IMG/VR virus record: IMGVR_UViG_3300037502_002077
Location: 1-41,911 of that record
DNA: 41,911 nucleotides
Source: a virus
Direction: 5' to 3' (one strand)
Below, piece by piece: positions 15,736-23,928 of the stretch. Every line of letters begins with the position of its first letter. The stretch's first letter is position 1. Position numbers and translations under genes: made by a program. The notes beneath the pieces are model-generated. The model searched no databases. It saw nothing but the letters and a program-made list of their open reading frames with translations, and was not told the DNA's origin.

Positions 15736-16328
15736 CCGATGTAACATTTGCATTACAGGCAAAATCCGATCAGTTAAATGGTGTTGATATCATGGGCGTC
15801 GAGCCCGTAATCAGAATCCGCGAAGTGAAGGTGCGCCAGGGCGATCAGCCGGTAAGCGTCTACTTTGATGGCGACCACGGCAGACCATGGAAGCCCAGCA
15901 AGGGTATGCTGCGGATCTTGGCAGGCGCGTGGGGTCGAGATAGTTCTGCGTGGGTCGGCAAGTACGTGCAGGTGTACTTTGAGCCGAGCGTTAAATATGC
16001 AGGCAAGGAAGTAGGCGGCATCCGAATCCGCGCCCTGTCTGATATCGATCAGCGCGGCCTATCGTTTGCCTTGCGCATCAACCAGAAGCAAACGGAGCCG
16101 TACCATGTGCCATTGCTCCAGGTGCAGTCGAACGAGTACCCGGCTGACAAGTTTGCCAAGGCGTTGCCGGTGATGGCCGAAAAGATGAAAAACGGCGAGA
16201 TGACGCTACAGCAGGTGATCGCGCAATGCCAGAAGACCGGGCAACTTTCCAGTGAGCAACTGAAACAACTGGAAGAAGTCGCGCCGGTTGAGATCCATGA
16301 AGACGAAAATGACGATGAGGTGATGTAA
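15732..16328 (+). CDS. hypothetical protein (198 aa) with an acidic C-terminal tail, in the position expected for a single-strand annealing protein
   Basis: ORF track. It lies between the exonuclease/HNH and SSB, and the C terminus is [11 protein letters not shown] see no recognisable RecT, ERF or Rad52 motif. Confidence 0.65.
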   Translation: MTDVTFALQAKSDQLNGVDIMGVEPVIRIREVKVRQGDQPVSVYFDGDHGRPWKPSKGMLRILAGAWGRDSSAWVGKYVQVYFEPSVKYAGKEVGGIRIRALSDIDQRGLSFALRINQKQTEPYHVPLLQVQSNEYPADKFAKALPVMAEKMKNGEMTLQQVIAQCQKTGQLSSEQLKQLEEVAPVEIHEDENDDEVM

Positions 16329-16330
16329 CC

Positions 16331-16801
16331 ATGGCACGCGGACTGAACAAAGTAATGATTATTGGCCGTCTGGGCCAGGACCCAGAAACCCGATACATGC
16401 CGAGTGGCGACGCTGTATGTAACCTGTCTGTGGCAACCGATGAAAGCTACAAGAACAAAGAGGGACAGAAAGTAGAAAAAACCGAGTGGCACCGAGTTAG
16501 CATGTTCGGAAAACTGGCTGAAATTGCCGGACAATATCTGACCAAAGGTTCCCAGGTATACATCGAGGGCAAGCTGGAAACCCGCAAGTGGCAGGCTCAA
16601 GACGGCAGCGACCGGTATACAACTGAGATAAAGGCGTTTTCTATGCAGATGCTGGACAGCAAGGGCTCTGGTCAACCGCAACAGTCAGCGCCACCGACGA
16701 CGCAACGAAGCCAGACACAGCCAGCTGCTGGCGGACCAGGCCCAGAAAACGACTTCGACGACGACATCCCATTCGCCCCACTTAACGCCCTAATGGCGTG
16801 A
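16331..16801 (+). CDS. ssb: single-stranded DNA-binding protein
   Basis: 156 aa. N terminus [26 protein letters not shown], then WHRV, a Gly/Gln/Pro-rich linker, and the C-terminal DFDDDIPF. Confidence 0.95.
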   Translation: MARGLNKVMIIGRLGQDPETRYMPSGDAVCNLSVATDESYKNKEGQKVEKTEWHRVSMFGKLAEIAGQYLTKGSQVYIEGKLETRKWQAQDGSDRYTTEIKAFSMQMLDSKGSGQPQQSAPPTTQRSQTQPAAGGPGPENDFDDDIPFAPLNALMA

Positions 16802-16807
16802 TACCAT

Positions 16808-16830
16808 AGCCCTCTACGGAGGGCTTTTTA
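16808..16830 (+). terminator. rho-independent terminator after ssb
   Basis: agccctc-tacg-gagggct followed by ttttta. The stem also contains the only GGAGG in front of the ATG at 16831. Confidence 0.65.
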
Positions 16831-17067
16831 ATGACCGCTTACACCAAACCATCCGAATACCTAACCGCCATACTGTCAGGCGAACTGCACCCATCAGACA
16901 CCCCTCCCGCCATCCAATCCTGGCTACAATTCATCTGCTACCGTATCGCGGTAGACATGCAAGGCCAGCCCCGCGAGCAACAGCGAGAACGCGCCAGAGA
17001 GTACCCTGACGCCGTTTTAGAGATTGTCCGGAAGTGGTATCAGGTGGCACAGAAAAAAGGGGCCTAA
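16831..17067 (+). CDS. hypothetical protein (78 aa)
   Basis: ORF track; last gene of the rightward recombination block. Confidence 0.5.
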   Translation: MTAYTKPSEYLTAILSGELHPSDTPPAIQSWLQFICYRIAVDMQGQPREQQRERAREYPDAVLEIVRKWYQVAQKKGA

Positions 17068-17070
17068 GCT

Positions 17071-17238
17071 CTAATCCTCCACCTCCTCCGGCGTCGTCGT
17101 CGTCTCCAGCTCAATCTCGCCGCCGCACAGCATCCCGTCCGAGGCAATCTCCCCGCAAAGCCACCGGTCATAATCCCAGCCGCAACCGTACATCATGATC
17201 ATGTAACCGCCACAGATGGGGCATTCTGGCCCTTTCAT
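17071..17238 (-). CDS. small Cys-rich (zinc-ribbon-like) protein (55 aa), absent from the ORF track
   Basis: Own translation: MKGPECPICGGYMIMMYGCGWDYDRWLCGEIASDGMLCGGEIELETTTTPEEVED. ATGA overlap with the upstream ORF. Confidence 0.45.
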   Translation of the reverse strand: MKGPECPICGGYMIMMYGCGWDYDRWLCGEIASDGMLCGGEIELETTTTPEEVED

Positions 17239-17420
17239 GGTTCAGACCTCCACTTGCACCCGCTACAACTGGGGTCTGTCGTGCGCCATGTGTGGCCGCA
17301 GGAATTCGACTCCTCCAGCGGCAACCAAGGCTCTCCAGGGCGCGGCCTGTCCTTGCAGGCGTAGCGGTGGTTTTGGTGTACGTGGTTGTGGTTTAGGTCT
17401 GATTCGGGTTTGTAGGTCAT
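17235..17420 (-). CDS. small Cys/His-rich protein (61 aa)
   Basis: ORF track, with ATGA overlaps on both sides. Confidence 0.45.
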   Translation of the reverse strand: MTYKPESDLNHNHVHQNHRYACKDRPRPGEPWLPLEESNSCGHTWRTTDPSCSGCKWRSEP

Positions 17421-17569
17421 GCGATAGCCTTAATTGCTTCAGGTATGAAAGGCGCAAAAGCGAACAGTAAGAAAATCACTGAAAACCAATGCGCCTTTTG
17501 GCAAAAAGCATGGCCAGCCAAAAAAGATGCGACAATAACGTGTAGAATTATATCCCATGTTACAGTCAT
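17417..17569 (-). CDS. small membrane protein (50 aa, two hydrophobic segments), absent from the ORF track
   Basis: Own translation: MTVTWDIILHVIVASFLAGHAFCQKAHWFSVIFLLFAFAPFIPEAIKAIA. GGAGAGGAAGAG precedes the ATG. Confidence 0.45.
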   Translation of the reverse strand: MTVTWDIILHVIVASFLAGHAFCQKAHWFSVIFLLFAFAPFIPEAIKAIA

Positions 17570-17689
17570 CTCTTCCTCTCCTTCCGCTCATGCGGACAAT
17601 ACGAACAATACCCATACCGCCCGCATGGATTGCTGCCGTCTGGGCAGAGGTATGGGGGTTTGGTGTGGCGGCCTTTGGTGTTTTCGGGC

Positions 17690-17878
17690 TTAGCGTTTGG
17701 CATTATCCCACTCCCTGCAACCCTCTGACTCACTGGGTGATGGTTTGGTTTTGTAGCCGCAAGACTTGCAGTAAGCGCCGTAGTGCCGAATGAAGTACGT
17801 CGTTATCCCGAGTCGGAACTCAGACTTGCCGCATTTTGGACATTGCCTTGATGGTGCTGCTGGGTTCCTGTCGATCAT
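17690..17878 (-). CDS. zinc-ribbon protein (62 aa)
   Basis: CPKCG...CKSCG. ATGA overlap with the TraR-like gene. Confidence 0.55.
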   Translation of the reverse strand: MIDRNPAAPSRQCPKCGKSEFRLGITTYFIRHYGAYCKSCGYKTKPSPSESEGCREWDNAKR

Positions 17879-18072
17879 CTCCTAAACGCCTCCCGCTTCT
17901 GCGCATCTGTCGCACACTCAGCGCTGCAATAAGCGCCCTGCTCGATAGGTTCATCGCACCACCGGCAGCGCCCGCAATAAGCCATCTCAGGCCGCGTCGT
18001 AATCGCACGGATGGCTGAGACTCTTTCGAGTTCTGCCAGGTCGTTTGCTTTGTCGATGTCATCGGCCATCAT
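17875..18072 (-). CDS. TraR/DksA-family C4 zinc-finger protein
   Basis: Start refined to MMADDIDKANDLAELERVSAIRAI. The C4 finger is CGRCRWC...YCSAEC. Confidence 0.7.
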   Translation of the reverse strand: MMADDIDKANDLAELERVSAIRAITTRPEMAYCGRCRWCDEPIEQGAYCSAECATDAQKREAFRR

Positions 18073-18256
18073 TAACCATCCCCCTCTGTCGCTTATTAGG
18101 CTCCATCGCCCGATGTACGGCAATCGCCATATCGGCCACGCCCTGCTGATAATCCTCAGAGCCGCCCGTGGGCAGCTCTATTTGCTTGATGCGGTCTAGC
18201 TTGGCCTGTAGGGCTTTTATCTCGCGCTTGGCGTGGGCTAGTTTGTCATTTGGCAT
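18059..18256 (-). CDS. hypothetical protein (65 aa)
   Basis: ORF track; helical N terminus; operon context. Confidence 0.45.
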   Translation of the reverse strand: MPNDKLAHAKREIKALQAKLDRIKQIELPTGGSEDYQQGVADMAIAVHRAMEPNKRQRGMVNDGR

Positions 18257-18404
18257 ACTTCAGCGCCTCCCGGTAAATCTTCGTCAGCGCCGTCTCATAT
18301 TCCACGGCCTTTTCTTGCCATTCGACGGCTTGCTGGGTCAGGTCTCTGACCATGGATTTCAGTTCGTACACTTCGGCTCTTAGTTGGCGTTCGGTTTGGG
18401 TCAT
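18246..18404 (-). CDS. small coiled-coil protein (52 aa), absent from the ORF track
   Basis: Own translation: MTQTERQLRAEVYELKSMVRDLTQQAVEWQEKAVEYETALTKIYREALKYAK. ATGA overlap with the methyltransferase stop. Confidence 0.45.
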   Translation of the reverse strand: MTQTERQLRAEVYELKSMVRDLTQQAVEWQEKAVEYETALTKIYREALKYAK

Positions 18405-19978
18405 TTTTCAGCCCTCATGATAACAACATCGACAGATGCCCCGCGGAACTGGTTTTCGTAGACCTTCGACCATGTGAGGCTCATCCCAGGGAGCACATCT
18501 TTGCCTTTGGCGCCGGCTGGAAGAATCGCCACCAGAACGCCATCGGGGCGAAGCATGGTTGCCGCGTGCTCGATGTGGGCTTGCCAGCGGCCCTGGCTGT
18601 ACGGCGGGTTCATCAAGATGCGGTCAAACTTTAGGTTTGGCAGGCTGCCCGACCATTGCAGAAAGTCTGCCTGGATGACCTCGTGACCTTTCTCGCGCAA
18701 CACAGCACAGTGCAGCGGGCTGACCTCCACACAATGCAAGGGCGCGTCTATAAGGTCGGCAATGCTGCCTGTTCCGGCGCTTGGCTCCAGGCAGTTGTGT
18801 GCGGGGCGGATCTCCGCCAGCTCCACCGCATCCCGGGCAATATGCTCAGGTGTCGGATAGAACTGGTGGCTTTTCTGGTCAGGGATAACGCCGGTGCACA
18901 CAATCTCCTTGATGACCGGGTCCGGGTCGTAGTCGAACCGATACCAGTTGTATGCGCTGGTGTTCTGCTTCACGCCACCGAGTAGCCCCAGCACCTGCTC
19001 AACCTCGGCGATTACATGCTTGTCCTTTTCGTGGGATTCGATGCGGACGGCGTTCGGAATCAATCGGCGGCTGCGCTCTGCCGTGTCATAGGCCCGGCCA
19101 AGGCGGTGAAGTACGTCCAGCACCGCGAACGGTAACGGTCTTTCCATCAAGGTAAATTCTTTTACCTTGCGCTTTGGCTTCTGCCGGAACCGTGACGGAA
19201 TGGCCGTCGGGTACAAGTGGTGCACGATCTCGTTCAAGCGCCACGCCATATCCGGGTGTACTTCCAGGTGGGCATTACCGTTCATGTAGCACCGAATCCG
19301 GAGAGCCCCGCCATCTACTGGTACCCACTCGCCTCGATGATTGGCCCGGCAAATCTCGACCATCCGATTGCTGGCGTTCCAGTCCGGCTCGTCCCGCCCC
19401 ATCAGCTTGGCGATAACTTGCCGCAGGTCGTTAATGTGGCCGGTCTGGCTCCGGGAATAGCTGCCCCAGTCATTGGTCACACCGGTCAGGATCATCCGCT
19501 TGCCGAAGCCTTCCGGTTGATTGGTAACGTGTGTCTTGCTCAGAGCCCGGAAAATGCCGTCTACCTTCTCGGCCAGAAAGTCCATGCGGGCAGCTAGTAA
19601 TTCGCGCAAGGTGGCCCGTACCGTGGACTCCTCAAAATCCGGCGTTTCCATTTTCTGGATCTGCTCGAACCATTCTTCCCGGCGCTTGCTGGGCATAAAG
19701 TCCAACACATCCGTAAGGTTCAGTGCTTGCTGCCAATAATGGGCATTCAGTGCGGCTATGCCCTGACCCAGATCAAAGCTAGGAGTTGAGCCTGCCCGAT
19801 GATCCCTGCGCCTGGCAGCATCCTCAAAGTACCCGACAACGCTTTTGAAGTCGTCGCCGGACACATAATCAACTACGCGCTCCATGCGATCACGCTCGGA
19901 GCGATAGCGCCCAACTAGGCCATCTACCATGTCTGTGCTGGCAGGCGCGAAAAACTGAGATTCGGCCAGGGCATTCAC
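18401..19978 (-). CDS. DNA methyltransferase: DUF4942-like N-terminal region plus a class I SAM-dependent N6-adenine (NPPY) methyltransferase domain
   Basis: 525 aa with a GTG start. SAM motif LEPSAGTGSI and catalytic motif LMNPPYS. No adjacent restriction endonuclease. Confidence 0.8.
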   Translation of the reverse strand: MNALAESQFFAPASTDMVDGLVGRYRSERDRMERVVDYVSGDDFKSVVGYFEDAARRRDHRAGSTPSFDLGQGIAALNAHYWQQALNLTDVLDFMPSKRREEWFEQIQKMETPDFEESTVRATLRELLAARMDFLAEKVDGIFRALSKTHVTNQPEGFGKRMILTGVTNDWGSYSRSQTGHINDLRQVIAKLMGRDEPDWNASNRMVEICRANHRGEWVPVDGGALRIRCYMNGNAHLEVHPDMAWRLNEIVHHLYPTAIPSRFRQKPKRKVKEFTLMERPLPFAVLDVLHRLGRAYDTAERSRRLIPNAVRIESHEKDKHVIAEVEQVLGLLGGVKQNTSAYNWYRFDYDPDPVIKEIVCTGVIPDQKSHQFYPTPEHIARDAVELAEIRPAHNCLEPSAGTGSIADLIDAPLHCVEVSPLHCAVLREKGHEVIQADFLQWSGSLPNLKFDRILMNPPYSQGRWQAHIEHAATMLRPDGVLVAILPAGAKGKDVLPGMSLTWSKVYENQFRGASVDVVIMRAEK

Positions 19979-20445
19979 TCCCCCAACTCCCCCGCCCGCA
20001 ATGCGGACGCGACAATGTCTTTCATGTCCTGTTCACGCGTCTTATGGCCACGCTCGCCAGGCTGCAAAGACTTTTTAATCAGATGCTGCAAGGCCGGATT
20101 CTGTACGCGCCATGCGTGCAGGACATCATAAACATCGACCCAGATGCCGGGCTTTATTTCGCGGTGGTATTTGCTGCGCTTAGCCGCCTGCCTCACCTCA
20201 ATCCGATCCAGCTCCTCTTTTTCTTCTTGGGTTTCGGTGCTGTCGAGGCGGTAGCGGTAGGCGATGACATCTTGCGCCTCTGGATCAGCGCCAAGATCCC
20301 AATTAAAGTGCCCAGCAGCCCCCCTGCGAATCTTGCTAACTGCATCTGAGCAGTATCGCATTTCAACTTCTACTACAGCGTCTTCGCTCAGAGGCATAGA
20401 GTCTCCACCCCACTCGATCCACTCTGACCACTGTTCGTTGCTCAT
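19975..20445 (-). CDS. hypothetical protein, DUF3310-like C-terminal region
   Basis: Start refined to MSNEQW (ATGA overlap). VDVYDVLHAWRVQNPALQHLIKKSLQPGERGHKTREQDMKDIVASALRA resembles the DUF3310 core as I remember it. Confidence 0.5.
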   Translation of the reverse strand: MSNEQWSEWIEWGGDSMPLSEDAVVEVEMRYCSDAVSKIRRGAAGHFNWDLGADPEAQDVIAYRYRLDSTETQEEKEELDRIEVRQAAKRSKYHREIKPGIWVDVYDVLHAWRVQNPALQHLIKKSLQPGERGHKTREQDMKDIVASALRAGELGE

Positions 20446-20714
20446 ACCCGCCACCCCTTAGCCAATTCAATCAACTCCAATACCGTCCTATCGTGCGCGC
20501 CCTGCGGCAGCCTGCCCCGCTCTACACCCAGGTCGATCACCGCCGCCCGAAACTTGCTGAACTTGGACAGCGTTGGGCTCATGCCCAGGTTGAACCACCG
20601 GCTCCAATTAGACGGGGCCATGTTGCCCGCCCGCCGTGCAGCCTCCGCCGCCGATACGCTGGTTAGCCGCATTAACAGCTCCAGCTCCGCTACTTCTTTA
20701 TCTGGTTTTGCCAT
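20442..20714 (-). CDS. putative HTH DNA-binding regulator (90 aa)
   Basis: It is the first leftward gene at the second divergent control region. The HTH-like segment is TSVSAAEAARRAGNMAPSNWSRWFN. Confidence 0.55.
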   Translation of the reverse strand: MAKPDKEVAELELLMRLTSVSAAEAARRAGNMAPSNWSRWFNLGMSPTLSKFSKFRAAVIDLGVERGRLPQGAHDRTVLELIELAKGWRV

Positions 20715-20743
20715 GTCATTGCCTCGTTGGTTGGTTGACGGTT

Positions 20744-20829
20744 TGCATTATTGCACTGTTTCGGCCTGTTGCGCAAGTGTAAATTAATTGCTTAAAGGTG
20801 TTGCACTTGTGCATTTGTGCAATTAAACT
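20744..20829. promoter_or_regulatory. second divergent control region with TTGCAC-type operator-like repeats and a rightward promoter
   Basis: Rightward promoter: TTGCAC (20801-20806), N17, TAAACT (20824-20829). The inverted repeat TTGCAC N10 GTGCAA (20801-20822) covers the spacer. Further copies are TTGCATTATTGCAC (about 20744-20757) and the palindrome TTGCGCAA (20769-20776). A possible leftward promoter is TTGCGC N18 AATAAT. Confidence 0.45.
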
Positions 20830-20868
20830 AGCTTCAACGGTTAAGGAAACAACGACGGAGATTTAGAG

Positions 20869-21105
20869 ATGTACAACAACGGCGAACTTGAAGAAGTAAT
20901 GACCCGCTTTGAAAAATCAATTGCCGATATGCCGGTATACGTTGGCGGGTCAATGGACCGGGCAGACAAAGTAGAGATCGAGTCTGATGAAGGCCGCATC
21001 CAAAAGCGCTACATGAACAACAACTACTACAACAACGGAAGCGTGAATCAAATGTTCCTTATGTGCCTGCACGGTTACGCATTCGGAAAGGCAACCGCCC
21101 TCTAA
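20869..21105 (+). CDS. hypothetical protein (78 aa)
   Basis: ORF track. GGAG lies upstream of the ATG. First gene of the rightward early block. Confidence 0.55.
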   Translation: MYNNGELEEVMTRFEKSIADMPVYVGGSMDRADKVEIESDEGRIQKRYMNNNYYNNGSVNQMFLMCLHGYAFGKATAL

Positions 21106-21135
21106 GGGCGGCAAAAACCAACAAGGAGCCAACCC

Positions 21136-21357
21136 ATGAACCACCAACCCTACCACCTAGAGCAAGCCCAGCAGCTACTGGAAACCGGTAAATGCCATTT
21201 CCCGCTGACCTGGGACGACATCGCCGCCCGCGTGGCCCGGCACGACACCTTTGGCTATGCGCTCAAGCAGGCGCACCAAGGCAACCCCCGCTGGCTGGAG
21301 ATGCTGGTTGTAACCGCCGCCAACAACATCTGCAAGGAGCAGGACAATGCAAGCTGA
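21136..21357 (+). CDS. hypothetical protein (73 aa)
   Basis: ORF track. AAGGAG lies upstream of the ATG. Confidence 0.55.
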   Translation: MNHQPYHLEQAQQLLETGKCHFPLTWDDIAARVARHDTFGYALKQAHQGNPRWLEMLVVTAANNICKEQDNAS

Positions 21358-21541
21358 CTACAACATCTGGGCAGACGCCCTAATCATGGGCCTTACCGTT
21401 TTCGCCCTGACCATCGCCACGTTTTGCTTGCCGCATGAGCGCAAGCGCCGCGGCGCAACACCGGAGCCGAGCCGGCGCAAATTGAAAGAGCATCAGGCGG
21501 TTCGGCGGATTTTGATGGAAGATGGGGAGTTTAAGAGATGA
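21347..21541 (+). CDS. small membrane protein (64 aa)
   Basis: TM segment ALIMGLTVFALTIATFCL followed by a basic tail. Confidence 0.5.
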   Translation: MQADYNIWADALIMGLTVFALTIATFCLPHERKRRGATPEPSRRKLKEHQAVRRILMEDGEFKR

Positions 21542-22023
21542 GCATTGATCAAAGAGCCTTCAAGGTCGATAAAATTGAGCCGCCCCACCCCTTGCCATTT
21601 GTCAGCAGGAAGGCGCTCAAGCGAGTCAAGAACCCGTTGCCAGCGCCTGAGACGTGCAGATACTGCGGCCCAAACACTCCGGTATTTCTCGGCCATCACG
21701 ACGAGATTTACGGACGCGCTTATGGTGAGTGGCCATACCTGTACTTGTGCGAAAACTGCGAAGCATACGTTGGCCTGCATCCGTTTACAGATATACCGCT
21801 GGGAACTCTGGCTAACGCTGAGTTGCGACAAGCCAGAAAGGCCAACAAGGCGAAATTTATCACCCTACAGCGAGCCAAAAGCTGGAGCCGATCAAGGGCC
21901 TACCAGTGGCTTGCAGATCAGATGGGCATAAAGGTTGAAGAGTGCCACTGGGGCTGGTTTGAGATTGGGCAATGCGAGCAGGCCGGAGATATTTGCAACT
22001 TAGAACTGGAGCGAACCAAATGA
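21538..22023 (+). CDS. zinc-finger-containing domain protein (DUF3268-like)
   Basis: CRYCG...LYLCENCEAYVGLHPFTDIPLGTLANAELRQARK...AYQWLADQMGI...CHWGWF matches that phage family as I remember it. Confidence 0.7.
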   Translation: MSIDQRAFKVDKIEPPHPLPFVSRKALKRVKNPLPAPETCRYCGPNTPVFLGHHDEIYGRAYGEWPYLYLCENCEAYVGLHPFTDIPLGTLANAELRQARKANKAKFITLQRAKSWSRSRAYQWLADQMGIKVEECHWGWFEIGQCEQAGDICNLELERTK

Positions 22024-22346
22024 CCCACAACACCGACGGAAACCTGGCCGCCCTCCGCTCTTATGAGCGCGAGCAAGACGCACTGGCAGCAGCCGACCAA
22101 GCGCATGAAGATGCCATCTCAGAGCTGGCGGATGAATTGTTTGACGCCTACATAACCGGAGACGCGGATGTGATCGACGAGGTAGACGACTGGCTGCGTG
22201 ACTACCCATGGACGGATCGCGTCCGAGCGGCCATGGTCAAAGAGCGTGAGCTACTGGTGATGGGCCGGGGCGGGGCTATGTACAAGATGGGGCAGGCGGC
22301 GATTTCAGAGGCTTGCGAGGCGATAGCGAAGGGGAGGATGGGATGA
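22020..22346 (+). CDS. hypothetical protein (108 aa)
   Basis: Start refined to MTHNTDGNLAAL (ATGA overlap). Confidence 0.55.
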   Translation: MTHNTDGNLAALRSYEREQDALAAADQAHEDAISELADELFDAYITGDADVIDEVDDWLRDYPWTDRVRAAMVKERELLVMGRGGAMYKMGQAAISEACEAIAKGRMG

Positions 22347-22981
22347 GTGATAGAGCGGAGTTTGAGAAGCAGTTCCCGATGCCGTATGGCGTGTTTTGGG
22401 ATGTAGAGCTTAGCCAGTATGAGCCGAGGCAAATGGATTCTGGGCCTAACGCCGATGAATACCATCGAATGTGGCAGGTATGGAAAGCCGCCCGCGCCAA
22501 TGGCACCACCGTGCCCATGAAGCGAATCGCAGAATCCAAAGTCCGCCAGCTGGGCGGCGATGTTTGCGGGGTGCTGGTGCGGAAGGATGGCCGACTGGCC
22601 GCTGTGGATGAGCATGGGCGGGTGCAGTGGTTGCAAAGTGGGCAGGGTGCGGAGATGGACGAAGTATATCTTCCCTTTGGGGCAGCGTCCGCGTATGCCG
22701 ATGCAAAGGGAGCCGGCAAAGATAATATGACGATTTCCTGCGAGCTGGTTGTGGAATTAATCGACGAGATTTACCGGCTAAATGCCCACCCCCGGCCCGC
22801 CCAGCAAGGGAGTGTGCCGGAGGGGTGGAAGTTGGTGCCGGTTGAGCCGACAGCGACAATGATAAGCGCATTCGAGCACGCGCCCTGTGCCGAAAACTAC
22901 ACAGATGCCGCAACGTGGGCATGGGAGGCGATGCTCGATGCCACCCCACAACCACCACAGGAGGGCTCAGGCGATGAGTGA
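22343..22981 (+). CDS. hypothetical protein (212 aa)
   Basis: Start refined to MSDRAEFEKQF (ATGA overlap). Confidence 0.6.
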   Translation: MSDRAEFEKQFPMPYGVFWDVELSQYEPRQMDSGPNADEYHRMWQVWKAARANGTTVPMKRIAESKVRQLGGDVCGVLVRKDGRLAAVDEHGRVQWLQSGQGAEMDEVYLPFGAASAYADAKGAGKDNMTISCELVVELIDEIYRLNAHPRPAQQGSVPEGWKLVPVEPTATMISAFEHAPCAENYTDAATWAWEAMLDATPQPPQEGSGDE

Positions 22982-23444
22982 CATCGACGAAATCGCACTG
23001 GAAACCGTTAAGGCCATTGGCAACATAGATCCAGACAAACTGCCGGGAGGACGAACGCAAGCGACTGCACAGGCGCAGATACTGGTGCGTGATGCCATTG
23101 GAAAGCAGCTCAAACAGGCTCGGGCGAGGGTTGCGGAGTTGGAGGACGCTTTGGTTTGGTCGCTCGGCAAGCTATCTATCGAGGTGCCGGTAAGCGGCGG
23201 AAACGTCTCATACATTCGGGCATTCGAAAAAGCGGGCGCGGTACTTGGAAGAGCGTCGTCTGAGTCTTGGCTACTGCGCAAGCAGGCCGAGGCGGTGGAG
23301 AAGTTTGGGCAAGAGATTGGGGTTTTTGATCCCGAATATGACGACCAAGAATATGTGGAGGTTCCACGTCGCGAAGTTAAGCGATACGCCCAACGCCTCC
23401 GACAACAAGCCGACGAGATCGAGAAAGCGGGAGGTGAGAAGTGA
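22974..23444 (+). CDS. hypothetical protein (156 aa)
   Basis: Start refined to MSDIDEIALETVK, which overlaps the upstream stop. Confidence 0.6.
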   Translation: MSDIDEIALETVKAIGNIDPDKLPGGRTQATAQAQILVRDAIGKQLKQARARVAELEDALVWSLGKLSIEVPVSGGNVSYIRAFEKAGAVLGRASSESWLLRKQAEAVEKFGQEIGVFDPEYDDQEYVEVPRREVKRYAQRLRQQADEIEKAGGEK

Positions 23445-23671
23445 CTGACTACAAAATCCGAACCACCCAGATCATGGTACACCCGGCAGACAACAGTACG
23501 ATCCTGAGCGAGATGGCAACCCGCGTCAGCATCGATGACGAGGGCGGCGGCGAGTACGTCAAGGCCGAGCAGACAAATACCGGATCGATACTGATTAACC
23601 CGGACGAGTGGCCGGCTATCCGTGAGGCCATAGATCGGATGGTGAGCGAATGCAGGAGCGAAGCCCAATGA
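23441..23671 (+). CDS. hypothetical protein (76 aa)
   Basis: ORF track; ATGA overlap. Confidence 0.55.
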   Translation: MTDYKIRTTQIMVHPADNSTILSEMATRVSIDDEGGGEYVKAEQTNTGSILINPDEWPAIREAIDRMVSECRSEAQ

Positions 23672-23928
23672 CACCCCAACAATACCAACGCGAGCAAGCC
23701 CGAAGCCAAGCGGCACTGACCATAGCAAAAGGCCGCAGGCTGCTTGAGCAGTCTTACCAAGCCCGCGCCATCATGACTAACTACACCAACAAGGCTATCG
23801 CCGAGCGCCACCGGCAGACGGCAGGCATGGTCAGCGATATGCGCAACGGCTATGAGCCGATCAAGATGCCTGCCATGGTCAAGCGAAGCATCCGGATGGA
23901 TTTCATGCGCCACACCGATGCGGGTTAG
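23668..23928 (+). CDS. hypothetical protein (86 aa); its 3' end is antisense to the out-of-frame C-terminal remnant of the M15 peptidase
   Basis: Start refined to MTPQQYQREQ (ATGA overlap). Convergent 4-nt overlap with the annotated M15 ORF. Confidence 0.5.
   Translation: MTPQQYQREQARSQAALTIAKGRRLLEQSYQARAIMTNYTNKAIAERHRQTAGMVSDMRNGYEPIKMPAMVKRSIRMDFMRHTDAG

Noticed and set aside
16049-16681. 210-aa minus-strand ORF across the 198-aa gene and ssb
   Set aside because: It is antisense to the unmistakable ssb gene and spans the gene boundary, so it is very unlikely to be coding.
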